Assembly (NCBI RefSeq): GCF_030028105.1
Contig: NC_092377.1
Span: 88,256,569-88,320,568 of the forward strand
Source of the DNA: Mobula birostris
Lineage: Eukaryota
Direction: 5' to 3'
DNA length: 64,000 bases
A program made the position numbers and the translations under genes. The notes beneath the pieces are model-generated. The model made no database searches and was not told where the DNA came from. It saw only the letters and a program-made list of their open reading frames with translations. This document shows positions 25,481-38,594 of this stretch, in pieces; within the stretch, counting starts at the first letter, position 1; each line of letters starts with the position of its first letter.

Positions 25481-25879
25481 CTCTTCATTTCTGCCTTGCT
25501 GACCATTTGAGCAAAGGCCTGATGTGTAGGTTCCGATGAAGGATCTCAGCCCGAAACTTCGACTGTTCATTCCTCTCCATAGATGCTGCCTCACCTGAGT
25601 TCCTCCAGCATTTTGTTTGTTCCTTGTGCAGCATTCTGTTTTTCCTTAGGGGACACTTAGTGATTCTATGTTCCACCTGTTGACTGATCCAGGAGCTTTC
25701 CCCAAACAAACCCTGGATGTCTTTGCCTGCAATGTGCTTTCACAGCCAGAAGGTAGGGAATTTGAGTCAGTATCTCACTTCTATAAAACCAGAAAATGGC
25801 AGCACTGGGTTTGGGTTGTTGGGTCTTTCTGTGCAAGTTGTATTGGGGAGCTTTGATTCCTATTTTTTTTTTGTTACAG

Positions 25880-25964
25880 GCAGACAATGGGGTCCCAGTT
25901 TACTTGAAAGGAGGTACTGGAGATGCTGTGCTCTACAGGCTAACCATGGCACTCACGGCTGGAG
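25880..25964 (+). CDS. COX7A1: Cytochrome c oxidase subunit 7A, exon 3 (ADNGVPVYLKGGTGDAVLYRLTMALTAG)
   Basis: Poly-T + CAG acceptor; 85 nt; GAG|GTGAGG donor; LKGG..D..LYR.TM signature. Confidence 0.95.
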
Positions 25965-26855
25965 GTGAGGCTTATGTCCTTTTTCTCTGGATTCTCAACA
26001 GGTAACATCATGGGTCCCTGTTTACCTCAACAGGTAAAGTCACGAGAACAGGAATGAGCTATTTGCTTTTGGAGCCACACATTTGCACCCCTGCCTGGCA
26101 TTCAGTGGCTGGGTAGTTTTGTTTTTCTGTACAGCCACGGAATGCCAAACAGCGTTGCAAATGCGTGGTTTGGTTCAAGGATGAACAGCCAACTTGCTAC
26201 AGTTCCAGAGATATTGTGGATCCTGTGACCCAGTGATGACCCATGACTCGGGGATGAGATTACTCGTGGTGGAGTAGGAGATGAAGATGAAGAAATTTTT
26301 ATTTTTTTTTTACTGGCTATTAACTGTTGTTTGGTAAAAGCCAATTGTAAAGTTTGTCTCAAAAGAAAACAAGCAAATTATTAATTTGACCCAGGTTCAG
26401 ATATATACCTGGAACTAAGTAAACTATGATTTTTTTTAGCCTGGGATGTTTAGTTTTCAGATTCTAATGAGGAAAGGTAGTAGGAATAGTTACTTATGAA
26501 ATTAGTGTCCCAAGACATGGACATGAAATATGGAGCACCATATATGTTGGGTTGAGTTTATTTTGTCTCTGGACCCTTTGCCCTCTGCTGGATTGTCACT
26601 GAGTGGGATTGATGTTTCATAAGCAGGATGGTGAGATACTGTTCTCTGGCCTACTCATCCAGAATCTAGTACCCATTCCCAAGTGGAGGACAAGTTGGGA
26701 CATTAGAGTAATGATCTGGTGGGAAAGTGGTGAGTGGGGGTGTATTCTTAAAATCTTGGCAGAAGACTGCATTTGCTAAATTGAGCAGGAATGGTTATTG
26801 TATGTCTAATGGTAAATGCTGAAATGTGACTTTTTTTTGTATTCCCTTATGTCAG

Positions 26856-26911
26856 GTGCGCTTTATGTTCTCTACCAACTGTTCAACATTGCCCTGCCTA
26901 AGAAGAAGTAA
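26856..26911 (+). CDS. COX7A1: Cytochrome c oxidase subunit 7A, exon 4 (GALYVLYQLFNIALPKKK*)
   Basis: Acceptor TTATGTCAG; phase 1 matches exon 3; TAA at 26909-26911; total 261 nt = 86 aa. Paralog choice (7A1 vs 7A2) is less certain than the family. Confidence 0.9.
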
Positions 26912-27046
26912 CGTTTGTTTGCAAACATGTTTTATTCCACAACCCTGTCTAACTATGTATACTGTAACTCTTCAGGGATCTGATCTTGTGAATGGCTGTT
27001 CATGGTTTATGGGAACAGTAACTTATTTGACATAGCTTATATAACA

Positions 27047-27052
27047 AATAAA
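27047..27052 (+). terminator. Polyadenylation signal of COX7A
   Basis: AATAAA ~135 nt after the stop, followed by a GT-rich segment. Confidence 0.7.
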
Positions 27053-28361
27053 GTGATTAATTACACACTTGTTTGTCACGATTTCATTTGAATTTCTAAA
27101 TCTCTGTTGAAGTGCCTAAGTTACCATAGTGTGAGTTCAGTTTGTGTTTTTGATCTTAATGCTTGTGTATTAATGGTTGTATGTCTGTCTGGTTTCATGG
27201 TAGTCAGAAACTGTTGCTGTTACTCACTTGCACAGTGTGTTCTTCTGGCATTTGTGGCCTAGCCCTGGTTGCCCTTAACCAGGTGAAAGATTTGAGAGGT
27301 TAGTGAACCAGGCAAGATTTGAAGACAATCTGATAGCTTTGTGCTCTCATTGCTGTTGCTAACTCCTGATTTTGACTTCAAATCCAGCAACGGCTTTGGG
27401 GAGGTGGTGGGGGGGGGGGGGGGGAGAATGTAAATATGGTCTCATCCTCCAGGTATTGAGTCACACAAATTGGAAGCAGGCTCTTTGGCCTACCTTGTCT
27501 GCATTGACTATCAGAAACCCATTTACACTAATGCTACATTAATCTAGTTCCCACAACCCCACATTCTCATCAGTTCCCTGAGACTGCCACTGACTTGCGC
27601 ACCTACAGCAATTTGCCACTGACCGGTTGACTTACCCGTACACATTGGGGTTATTGGAGGAAACTGGAGCACCAGGAGGAAATGAAAGCAGTCATGGACA
27701 ATGCAAGCCGCACAAATATCACCAGAAGTTAGCAGTGTGAAGTATGAGAGACTGCACCTGTCTGTAAATGGAGTAGCAGCAGTTTTTGTGCTGCTCTTAG
27801 TTTTGTTCCTTTCCCCCTAGTTTAAGCTTCAAATTTAAAATTTTTATTTGCTGATTCTCGAGGGGGAACAATATGTCTATGTCTACGAGGAGTGGGAAGA
27901 ACTTGTCTGAACCTAGTGATAAAGGTAATGGGAAAGGAAAAATCTGATGAAATGCCACCATGGCTGAAGATATGGTTCGGACAATGAATTCAATTAAAGA
28001 TCAGAATGGGTCAATTAAAGACCAATTGCAAAAGAATAGTAATGCCAAATGAACTGTCTGGAAGGCTGTTTGGTTATCTGTATATTATTGGCATTTAGGA
28101 AAGAAGATTTATGAAGGTTACTTGGATATTTCATTGAGAGACTATAAAAGAAGTTGAAATCTGTTCATTTATTACATATTATTGGTTTCTTTTTGGAAAG
28201 ATCATCTATGGTTCAAGTATGACTTTAAATGGTTATTTGGACATTCGACTGAGAAAAAGAAGATAAAGGGACTTGTTCCTTTAACCTAATATCTGGTTTG
28301 ATGTTTTTTTTGTTTCTTAATTGGTAGTTTTTCCTACTAATGGGGTTTCTTTTTATTTATT

Positions 28362-28397
28362 TATATATACACATATACACACACACACACACACACG
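28362..28397. repeat. (TA)n/(CA)n microsatellite
   Basis: Directly visible. Confidence 0.9.
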
Positions 28398-29880
28398 TAT
28401 GTTTAGGGGAGAGCAGTGTGAAGTACATCGAGCAATGTTTTTCTCTCAGGAGACAGGAAAACCAGGAGAGTAGGACTGAATACGGCATGAAGAGGTGACT
28501 CGACTAGCTGTTTGATAGTTATAACAGAGGCACATTACCCCTTAAGTATTGACTGAAGCTGATTAAGCATCAAGCGAAGTAGAAAATAATTCTATTTAAT
28601 ATGACAATGCAACATTTGCTGATTCCCTTTCTGTTTGATCAGCATCTTGTCATTTATGGTTGTAATGTATACAGTGATTAACTCAGCAGAGGTAAGGAGC
28701 TGGTGTCTAGATTGATGGTATTTATGATGGCCCAGGCACCAGGGGAACAGGTATCAGGTAGATCCCTGAGTAATGTTTGTAACCGAGGGCAGTGTTGCTC
28801 ACTGACTTTAGTCATCATAAAAAAAATAAAGCAGCACTCTGCCAATCCAGCATTGAAAACCACAAGGGATTATTACGCCGGGTTGTGTACTCAGGAGTTT
28901 TGAACCTGTAACCCAATTTATTTTTTAATTGAAGCAATTATCAGCAGTCATTGGAAATGTAGATTAATGTCACAAGACAATCTGGAATAACTAAGCCATC
29001 AATGAATTTCACTTCATAGCATAGTAAACCATTTGGCCCTTTGATAGAGGTAGCTAATTCATCCTGCTGTCCTGGATTTTCCTTCCTTTGGAACAAGTTT
29101 GAGGATGCTCTATATTGCTGAACAATGACTTTATACACGTCAAGCCTGTAAGATAAACTGTGACCCACTGTGCTCATAACATTTCTTAAATGTGTGATAA
29201 TACAAACCAGTGTGAGAATTTGAAGTCAAAATGCTGTAGCATAACACAGAAGTGCAGCCAAACAGAGAATGGATACAACCAAGGAAGAAATTGACATGGG
29301 TGACTGAATATTTGGTCAAAGAGGTGGGAAATTCTAATGAAAATTTTGAAGGGAGGAAGGCTTGGGCATTTAGGAACAGCAGTGCAGGGCTTTGGATCTG
29401 AACTGCTGAAGATATGGATGTTTGTGGTGGGATATTGGAGGGGGATTAGTGTTGACCTTCCAAAATCTTGTAATTTTTCTGAAAGATTCCAGAAAATTAG
29501 GATATCGCTAATGTAGAGCCTCCGGTCAAAGGAATGAGTCAGAACAAGAAACAAATTTCAGTTATCAAGAAAGTGCTGAAATCCATTATCAAGAAAGTAA
29601 TAGGATATTTAGAAAATCAATATAATGAGGTAATGTCAGCATGGCTTTAATGAAAAGGAAATCATTTTTGAAATCTTAATTCTTGACGTAGGAGTAGGGT
29701 GAATAAAGGGTGAACCAGTAGACGTGTATTTGGGTTTCTTGAGGTTTAATGAGCTGCTACATCAAACGTACTGCACCATGCAATATCTCCGAGCAATTGT
29801 GTAATTTATTGGCATGGATAGAGGATTAGTTAATAAACAAACAGGTTTGGGATAAATGGAAAACTAATGAGTGGGTTCCA

Positions 29881-30044
29881 CGAGGAATTTTGCAGATGCT
29901 GGAAATTGAAGCTACACACATCAATGTTGCTGGTGAACGCAGCAGGCCAGGCAGCATCTCTAGGAAGGGTCTCGGCCTGAAGCAACGACTGTACCTCTTC
30001 CCAGAGATGCTGCCTGGCCTGCTGCGTTCACCAGCAACATTGAT
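29881..30044. mobile_element. Short palindromic Penelope-derived insertion with 14-bp TSD
   Basis: Perfect 42-bp inverted arms 29920-29961 / 30003-30044; TSD ATGAGTGGG(T/C)TCCA at 29867-29880 and 30045-30058; partial hammerhead remnant in the loop. Confidence 0.85.
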
Positions 30045-30265
30045 ATGAGTGGGCTCCAACTAAGACTGGTGGTTAGGTCTCAATAATTTGTATTAATTAT
30101 TTGGATAAAATAAATGCATGTAGTCAATTTTGCTGAAGATACAAAAATAAATGGAAAGCAGGTTGTGAGGCCAACAATATCTGGAAGGAGACATACAGTG
30201 AGCTAATACAAAGCCAAGTACTCTTATTTCTGTTTCCCAACCACCTTCCTATTGTAACCAATATG

Positions 30266-30332
30266 CAGTACTGTGCAAAAGTCTTAGGCACATATATATA
30301 GCTAGGGGGCCTGAGACTTTTCCACAGTACTG
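30266..30332. mobile_element. Tiny Tc1/mariner-type MITE (second, decayed copy at ~30440-30503)
   Basis: TIRs CAGTACTGTGCAAAAGTCTTAGGC / GCCTGAGACTTTTCCACAGTACTG; TA at the right flank. Confidence 0.7.
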
Positions 30333-30569
30333 TATATCGGTCACAATAGGAAGGTGGTTGGGAAACAGAAATGAGAGTACTTGGCTTTGTATTAGCTCAG
30401 TGGTATGATGTGTTACTTGGTAACTGGAAAGACATAATATACTGTGCAAAAGTCTTAGGCACCATAGCTATGTGTAGATGTCTAAGATTTTTGTTCAGTG
30501 CTGCAGGTAGATTATGTTAGTGAGCAAGAAAATGCTTGTTAATGAGTTTATCCGCCTTAGTAGAAAGAA

Positions 30570-31635
30570 ACACCTGGGTCAGGATGCTGTTCATCAACTC
30601 TAGCTCAGCATTTAATACCACCATTCCCACAATCCTGATTGAGAAGTTGCAGAACCTGGGCCTCTGTACCTCCCTCTGTAATTGGATCCTTGATTTCCTA
30701 ACCAGAAGACCACAATCGGTGCGGATTGGTGATACCATATCCTCACTGATGATCAACACTGGTGCACCTCACTCTACACTCTATACCCATGACTGTGTGG
30801 CTAGGCATAGCTCAAATACCATTTATAAATTTGCTGACGATACAACCATTGTTGGTAGAATCTCAGGTGGTGATGAGAGTGTGTACAGGAGTGAGATATG
30901 CCAACTAGTGGAGCAGCAACAATCTGGCACTCAATGTCAGTAAGACAAAGGAACTGATTGTGGATTTCAGAAAGGGTAAGACAAAAGAACACACACCAAT
31001 CCTCAGAAGGATCAGAAGTGGAAAGAGTGAGCAGCTTCAAGTTCCTGAATATTAAGATCTCTGAGGACCTAACCTGGTCCCAACATATCGATGAGTTATA
31101 AAGAAGGCGAGACAGTGGCTATACGAGGAGTTTGAAGAGATTTGGCATGTCAACAAATACGCTCAAAACTTCTATAGCTGTAATTGGAGAGCATTCTGAC
31201 AGGCTGCATCACTGTCTGGTATAGGGGGAGGGAGCTACTGCACAGGACTGAAAAAAAGCTGCAGAGAGTTGTAAATCTAGTCAGTTCCATCTTGGGTATT
31301 AGCCTACAAAATACCCAAGACATCTTCAGGGAGCGGTGTCTCAGAAAGACAGCGTCCATTATTAAGGACCTCCAGCACCCAGCACATGCCCTTTTCTCAC
31401 TGTTACCATCAGGTAGGATGTACAGAAGCCTGGAGGCACACACTCAGCGATTCAGGAGCAGTTTCTTCCCCTCTGCCAACCGATTCCTAAATGGACATTG
31501 AATCCTTGGACACCTCTTTTTAATATACAGTATTTCTCTTTTTGCATGTTTTTAAAATATATTCAATATACATATACTGTAATTGATTTACTTGTTTATT
31601 ATCAGTAGTATTTTTATTTTATTTTTTATTATTAT
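30570..31635 (+). mobile_element. Rex1/Babar LINE RT and 3' end (3' UTR resumes at 36561-36660)
   Basis: VRMLFI..SSAFNT, KFADDTT, ESILTGCITVWY; (TCTGAT)n tail at ~36650. Confidence 0.9.
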
Positions 31636-34600
31636 AGAAACATAGAAAACCTACAGCACAATACAGGCACTTTGGCCCATAATGTTGTGCTGACTCATGT
31701 ACTTATTTTAGAAATTACGTAGAGTTACTCATAGCCTTCTATTTTTCTAAGCTCCATGTACCTATCCAGGAGTCTTCTTAAAAGACCCTATCATATCTCC
31801 CTCCGCTGGCAGCCCATTCCACACACTCACCACCCTCTGCGTTTAAAAAAAATTTGCCCCTGACATCTCTGTACCTATTTCCAAGCACCTTAAAACTGTA
31901 CCCTCTCGTGTTAACCATTTCAGCCCTGGGAAGAAACCTCTGACTATCCACACGCTCAATGCCTCTCATCATCTTATACACCTCTATCAGGTCACCTCTC
32001 ATCCTCAGTCACTCCAAGGAGAAAAAGCCGAGTTCACTCAACCTATTCTCAAAGCGCATGCTCCCCAATCCAGGCAATGTCCTTGTAAATCTTCTCTGCA
32101 CCCTTTCTATGGCTTCCACATCTTTCCTGTAGTGAGGTGACCAGAACTGAGTACAGTACTCCAAGTGGGGTCTGACTAGGGTCCTATATAGCTGTAACAT
32201 TACCTCTCGGCTCTTAAATTCAATCCCACAGTTGATGAAGGCCTATGCACCATATGCCTTCTTAGTGACAGAATGAACCTGCGCAACAGCTTTGAGTGTC
32301 CTATGGACTCGGACCCCAATATCCCTCTGGTCCTCCACACAGCCAAGAGTCTTACCATTAATGCTATATTCTGCTATATTTGACCTACCAAAATGAACCA
32401 CCTCACACTTATCTGGGTTGAACTCCATCTGCCACTCCTCAGTCCAGTTTTGCATCCTATCGATGTCCTGCTGTAACCTCTGACAGTCCTCCACACTATC
32501 CACAACGCCCCCAACCTTTGTGTCATGGGCAAATTTACTAACCCATCCCTCCACTTCCTCATCCAGGTCATTTATACAAATCACTAAGAGAAGAGGCCCC
32601 ATTACAGATCCCTGAGGCACACCACTGGTGACTGGCCTCCATGCAGAATCTGTTCCATCTACAATCACTCTTTGCCTTCTGTGGGCAAGCCAGTTCTGGA
32701 TCCACAAAGCAAGGTCTGCTTGGATCCCATGCCTCCTTACTTTCTCAATAAGCCTTGCATGGGGTACTTTATCAAATGCCTTGCTGAAATCCATATACAC
32801 TACATCTACTGCTCTACTTTCATCAATGAGTTTAGTCACATCCTCAAAAAATTCAATCGGGCTCATAAGGCATGACCTGCCTTTGACAAAGCTATGCTGA
32901 CTATTCCTAATCATATTATGCCTCTCCAAATGCTCATAAATCCTGCCTCTCACGATCTTTTCCATCAACTTACCAACCACTAAAGTAAGACTCACTGGTC
33001 TATAATTTCCTGGGTATCTCTACTCCCTTTCTTGAATAAGGAAACAATATCTGCAAGCCTCCAATCCCCTGGAACCTCTCCCGTCCCCATTGATGATGCA
33101 AAGATCATCACCAGAGGCTCAGCAATCTCCTCCCTCGCCTCCCACAGTAGCCTGGGGTATATCTTGTCTGGTCCCAGTGACCTATCCAAATTGATGCTTT
33201 CTAAAAGATCCAGCATATCCTCTTTCTTAGCAATCTTGTCGTGAGAGGCCCCTTGGGTAAGAGTGACCATAATATGGTGGAATTCTTCATTAAGATGGAG
33301 AGTGACATAGTTAATTCAGAAACAAAGGTTCTGAACTTAAAGAGGGGTAACTTTGAAGGTATGAGGCGTGAATTAGCTAAGATAGACTGGCAAATGACAC
33401 TTAAAGGATTGACGGTGGATATGCAATGGCAAGCATTTAAAGGTTGCATGGATGAACTACAACAATTGTTCATCCCAGTTTGGCAAAAGAATAAATCAAG
33501 GAAGGTAGTGCACCCGTGGCTGACAAGAGAAATTAGGGATAGTATCAATTCCAAAGAAGAAGCATACAAATTAGCCAGAGAAAGTGGCTCACCTGAGGAC
33601 TGGGAGAAATTCAGAGTTCAGCAGAGGAGGACAAAGGGCTTAATTAGGAAGGGAAAAAAGATTATGAGAGAAAACTGGCAGGGAACATAAAAACTGACTG
33701 TAAAAGCTTTTATAGATATGTAAAAAGGAAAAGACCGGTAAAGACAAATGTAGGTCCCCTACAGACAGAAACAGGTGAATTGATTATGGGGAGCAAGGAC
33801 ATGGCAGACCAATTGAATAATTACTTTGGTTCTGTCTTCACTAAGGAGGACATAAATAATCTTCCAGGAATAGTAGGGGACAGAGGGTCCAGTGAGATGG
33901 AGGAACTGAGCAAAATACATGTTAGTAGGGAAGTGGTGTTAGGTAAATTGAAGGGGTTGAAGGCAGATAAATCCCCAGGGCCAGATGGTCTGCATCCCAG
34001 AGTGCTTAAGGAAGTAGCTCAGGAAATAGTGGATGCATTAGTGATAATTTTTCAAAACTCGTTAGATTCTGGACTAGTTCCTGAGGATTGGAGGGTGGCT
34101 AATGTAACCCCACTTTTTAAAAAAGGAGGGAGAGAGAAACCGGGGAATTATAGACTGGTTAGCCTAACGTCGGTGGTGGGGAAACTGCTGGAGTCAGTTA
34201 TCAAAGATGTGATAACAGCACATTTGGAAAGCGGTGAAATGATCGGACAAAGTCAGCATGGATTTGTGAAAGGAAAATCATGTCTGACGAATCTCATAGA
34301 ATTTTTTGAGGATGTAACTAGTAGAGTGGATAGGGGAGAACCAGTGGATGTGGTATATTTGGATTTTCAAAAGGCTTTTGACAAGGTCCCACACAGGAGA
34401 TTAGTGTGCAAACTTAAAGCACACAGTATTGGGGGTAAGGTATTGATGTGGATAGACAATTGGTTAGCAGACAGGAAGCAAAGAGTGGGAATAAACGGGA
34501 CCTTTTCAGAATGGCAGGCGGTGACTAGTGGGGTACCGCAAGGCTCAGTGCTGGGACCCCAGTTGTTTACAATATATATTAATGACTTGGATGAGGGAAT

Positions 34601-36550
34601 TAAATGCAGCATCTCCAAGTTTGCGGATGACACGAAGCTGGGTGGCAGTGTTAGCTGTGAGGAGGATGCTAAGAGGATGCAGGGTGAATTGGATAGGTTG
34701 GGTGAGTGGGCAAATTCATGGCAGATGCAATTTAATGTGGATAAATGTGAAGTTATCCACTTTGGTGGCAAAAATAGGAAAACAGATTATTATCTGAATG
34801 GTGGCCGATTAGGAAAAGGGGAGGTGCAACGAGACCTGGGTGTCATTATACACCAGTCATTGAAAGTGGGCATGCAGGTACAGCAGGCGGTGAAAAAGGC
34901 GAATGGTATGCTGGCATTTATAGCAAGAGGATTCGAGTACAGGAGCAGGGAGGTACTACTGCAGTTGTACAAGGCCTTGGTGAGACCACACCTGGAGTAT
35001 TGTGTGCAGTTTTGGTTCCCTAATCTGAGGAAAGACATCCTTGCCATAGAGGGAGTACAAAGAAGGTTCACCAGATTGATTCCTGGGATGGCAGGACTTT
35101 CATATGAAGAAAGACTGGATGAACTGGGCTTGTACTCGTTGGAATTTAGAAGATTGAGGGGGGATCTGATTGAAACGTATAAAATCCTAAAGGGATTGGA
35201 CAGGCTAGATGCAGGAAGATTGTTCCCGATGTTGGGGAAGTCCAGAACGAGGGGTCACAGTTTGAGGATAAAGGGGAAGCCTTTTAGGACCGAGATTAGG
35301 AAAAACTTCTTCACACAGAGAGTGGTGAATCTGTGGAATTCTCTGCCACAGGAAACAGTTGAGGCCAGTTCATTGGCTATATTTAAGAGGGAGTTAGATA
35401 TGGCCCTTGTGGCTACAGGGATCAGGGGGTATGGAGAGAAGGCTGGGGCAGAGTTCTGAGTTGGATGATCAGCCATGATCATAATAAATGGCGGTGCAGG
35501 CTCGAAGGGCCAAATGGCCTACTCCTGCACCTATTTTCTATGTTTCTATGTTTCTATGTTAATGTCTATATGCTCAAGCTTTACAGTCTGCCGCAAGTCA
35601 TTCCTACAATTGCCAAGATCCTTTTCCGTAGTGAATACTGAAGCAAAGTACTCATTAAGTACCTCTGCTGTCTCCTCTGGTTCCATACACTCTTTTCCAC
35701 TGTCACACTTGATTGATCCTATTCTCTCACGTCTTATCCTCTTGCTCTTCATATACTTGTAGAATGCCTTGGGGTTTTCTTTAATCCTGCTTGCTGAGGT
35801 CTTCTCATGGCCCCTTCTGGCTCTCCTAATTTTATTCTTAAGCTTCTTCCTGCTAGCCTTATAATTTTCTAGATCTCTATCATTACCTAGTTTTTTGAAC
35901 CTTTTGTAAGCTTTTCTTTTCTTGACTAAATTTTCAACAGCCTTTGTACACCATGGTTCTTGTACCCTACTATCCTTTCCCTGTTTCATTGGAACGTACC
36001 TATGCAGAACGCCACACAAATAACTCCTGGACATTTGCCACATTTCTTCCATACATTTCCCTGAGAACATCTGTTCCCAATTTATGCTTCCAAGTTCTTG
36101 CCTGATAGCCCCATATTTCCCCTTACTCCAATTAAATGTTTTCCTAACGTCTGTTCCTATCCCTCTCCAATGCTATGGTAAGGGAAATAGTATTATGATC
36201 ACTATCTCCAAAGTGCTCTCCCACTGAGAGACCTGACACCTGACCAGGTTCATTTCCCAATACCAGATCAAGTACAGCCTCTCCTCTTGTAGGCTTATCT
36301 ACATATTGTGTCAGGAAACCTTCCTGAACACACCTAACAAACTCCTCCCCATCTAAAGCCTTTGCTCTAGGGAACTGCCAATCAATATTTGGGAAATTAA
36401 AATCTCCCTTCACGACGACCCTGTCATTAATACACCTTTCCAGAATCTGTCCCCCCATCTGTTCCTTGATCTACCTGTTACTATTGGGTTGTCTATAAAA
36501 AACACCCAGTAAAGTTATTGACCCCTTCCTGTTCCTACCTTCCACCCAAA
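31636..36550 (-). mobile_element. CR1 LINE (endonuclease-RT), interrupted by a younger CR1
   Basis: ORFs 36144-36458, 35546-36070, 32992-33270 (part), 32243-32995, 31778-32200; probable TSD TTATTATTAT at 31626-31635 and 36551-36560. Confidence 0.9.
33231..35558 (+). mobile_element. Young 5'-truncated CR1 LINE with an uninterrupted RT domain (ORF 33780-35459, 559 aa)
   Basis: [24 protein letters not shown] motifs; one frameshift near 33660; (TTTCTATG)n tail. Confidence 0.95.
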
Positions 36551-38244
36551 TTATTATTATTTTTTTCTCTTCTAGATTATGTATTGCATTGAACTGTTGC
36601 TGCTAAGTTAACAAATTTCACGTCACATGCCGGTGATAATAAACCTGATTCTGATTCTGAGAACAGAAAAGTAGAATGTTTAAACATAGATAATAATGGC
36701 CCAGTTATTGATGTTCATTGTTACCATGCAGCTACAGGAAATAATTAGGATGCAAATAGTTTATTAACTTTCATGGTGAAGAGGATGGAGTATAAAAAGG
36801 TCTTGTAATAACTGCAAAGCATTGGTGAGGCTATGCTTGTATAGATTTGGTGTTCTTATTTAAGAGGGATATACTTGCAAGAATGCAGCTCAGAGAAAGT
36901 TCAGAAGGTTAATCCCTGGGATAAAAGGGAGGCGTTGAAATGTTTGGCTCTAGACTTGATGGGTTAATGAGAATGAGAGGTGATCTTATTAAAAAACACC
37001 ATTTCTGAAGGAGTTTGATAAGTAAGTGCAAAGAGTGTTTTTCCCACATAGTGGACAAAATCTAGAACCATAGTTTCAGAAGAAGGCATTGAGTTATTGA
37101 AGGCAGTATGTTCATTACTGTGATAGTTCTTTGGTTCGTAGGACCAAGAAGAGTCAGGAGAGCGGAGCTGAGGGCAAGGACAGATCCAGCATGAATGACA
37201 GAGCAGGCTTAAGGAGCCTATTCATATTCCTATGTTTTATTTTGTTTATCAAATTCACAGTTGAATTTATTGACGTATGTAGATGTATGCATTGGTGCAT
37301 TAAAACACTTACTCGGAGCAGCTTCACGGGTACAAAGCATCATATATACAACGTTCCCAAGAAAAGCATAAACTATACATCCTTTTTTACAAGAAACAGC
37401 ATAATTTGAACAAAGAAGTACCTAAATCCACAATTACACAAACCGGAAGTAGTGTACTTATCTTCACACTACTGAGGTCTTGGGGTGTTCTGGGTCAAGG
37501 TTAATTTGTGAGACTCCAGTAATCAGTTGTTGGAGAGAATTCTGTCATCCTTAGACAGACCTTTCAGGTATTTGTAAATATTCTATAATCTTTCATCTTT
37601 CTGGTTCAACTTCCATCATTTAGAACTCTGATGTCCAGATACCCAAGAAATCATATTTCTTGTCACTGTTGGCTAAAAGATAAAGGAACAACAGTGAACC
37701 AGTCAGCTCTGGATCCTATTTGACATTCACTTGGAACACAGCAGATCTGCACCGTAATTCTATCTATGTTCCCCATCTCCTCATTGTGGTCCATAATCAT
37801 TAATATTCTTATTGAACAATGTATGAATATTAGGTCTGAAATGTTAATTTGGACCCAACCTTCAGTCGTACAGCTGCTACCAATTAGCGCTCTTCGCGCA
37901 TAGTCTTTTCAGGGAAAAGGGTGCAGTCATAGTGTCATACAGCATAGAAACCGGTCCTTCAGCAAACCACATCCCTGCCAATCTTGTTGTCAATATGCAC
38001 TATACCATTTTGTCAACATTACGTCCTCAATCTTCCTATGTGCTGCCAATTCAAGCCCGTCCCTTAAAAGTTGTGATTGTAACTGAGGCCACCATGTTGC
38101 ATTTTGCATGTCTGTATTCTCCAGGGCTCCCTTGCACAGTGTGGGACATACACAGCCAGCATGCCTTTGCAAACTCCTAAGGAGAAATGATTTGTTGTGG
38201 TGGCGTTGACTGAGGAATAAAAAATTAGTCAGGACAGTAGCTGC

Positions 38245-38468
38245 TGTCTGCAGGAGTTTGTACATTTTCCCCGTGGCCACGTGGGTTTCCTCCGGGTGCT
38301 CTGGTTTCCTCCCACAATCCAAAGACTTCCCAGTTGGTAGGTTAATGGGTTATTGTATATTGTCCCATGATTAGGCTAGAGTTAAGTCAGGGATTGCTGT
38401 GTGGTGCAGCTTGCAGGGCCAGAGGGGCCTATTCTGTGCTGTATCTCAACAGATAAATAAATAAATAA
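38245..38468 (+). mobile_element. V-SINE (HE1-like) fragment
   Basis: V-domain GTGGGTTTCCTCCGGGTGCTCTGGTTTCCTCCCAC; (AAAT)n tail; relatives at ~45270-45520(-), 46485-46655(+), 61960-62190(-). Confidence 0.8.
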
Positions 38469-38594
38469 AGTGCCCTTTAATCTGAACTTGTTTCACTCAT
38501 CTGAGCAGGCAGTCGGGGCCTTGGTTGAACGTGTTATCCAGGGTCATGTACACACTCCTCAGTGCTGCACACGTGCATCTGTATAGATTCAGAA

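Noticed and set aside
33780-35459. 559-aa ORF as a host gene or autonomous element
   Set aside because: 5'-truncated CR1 ORF2 lacking most of the endonuclease, ORF1 and promoter
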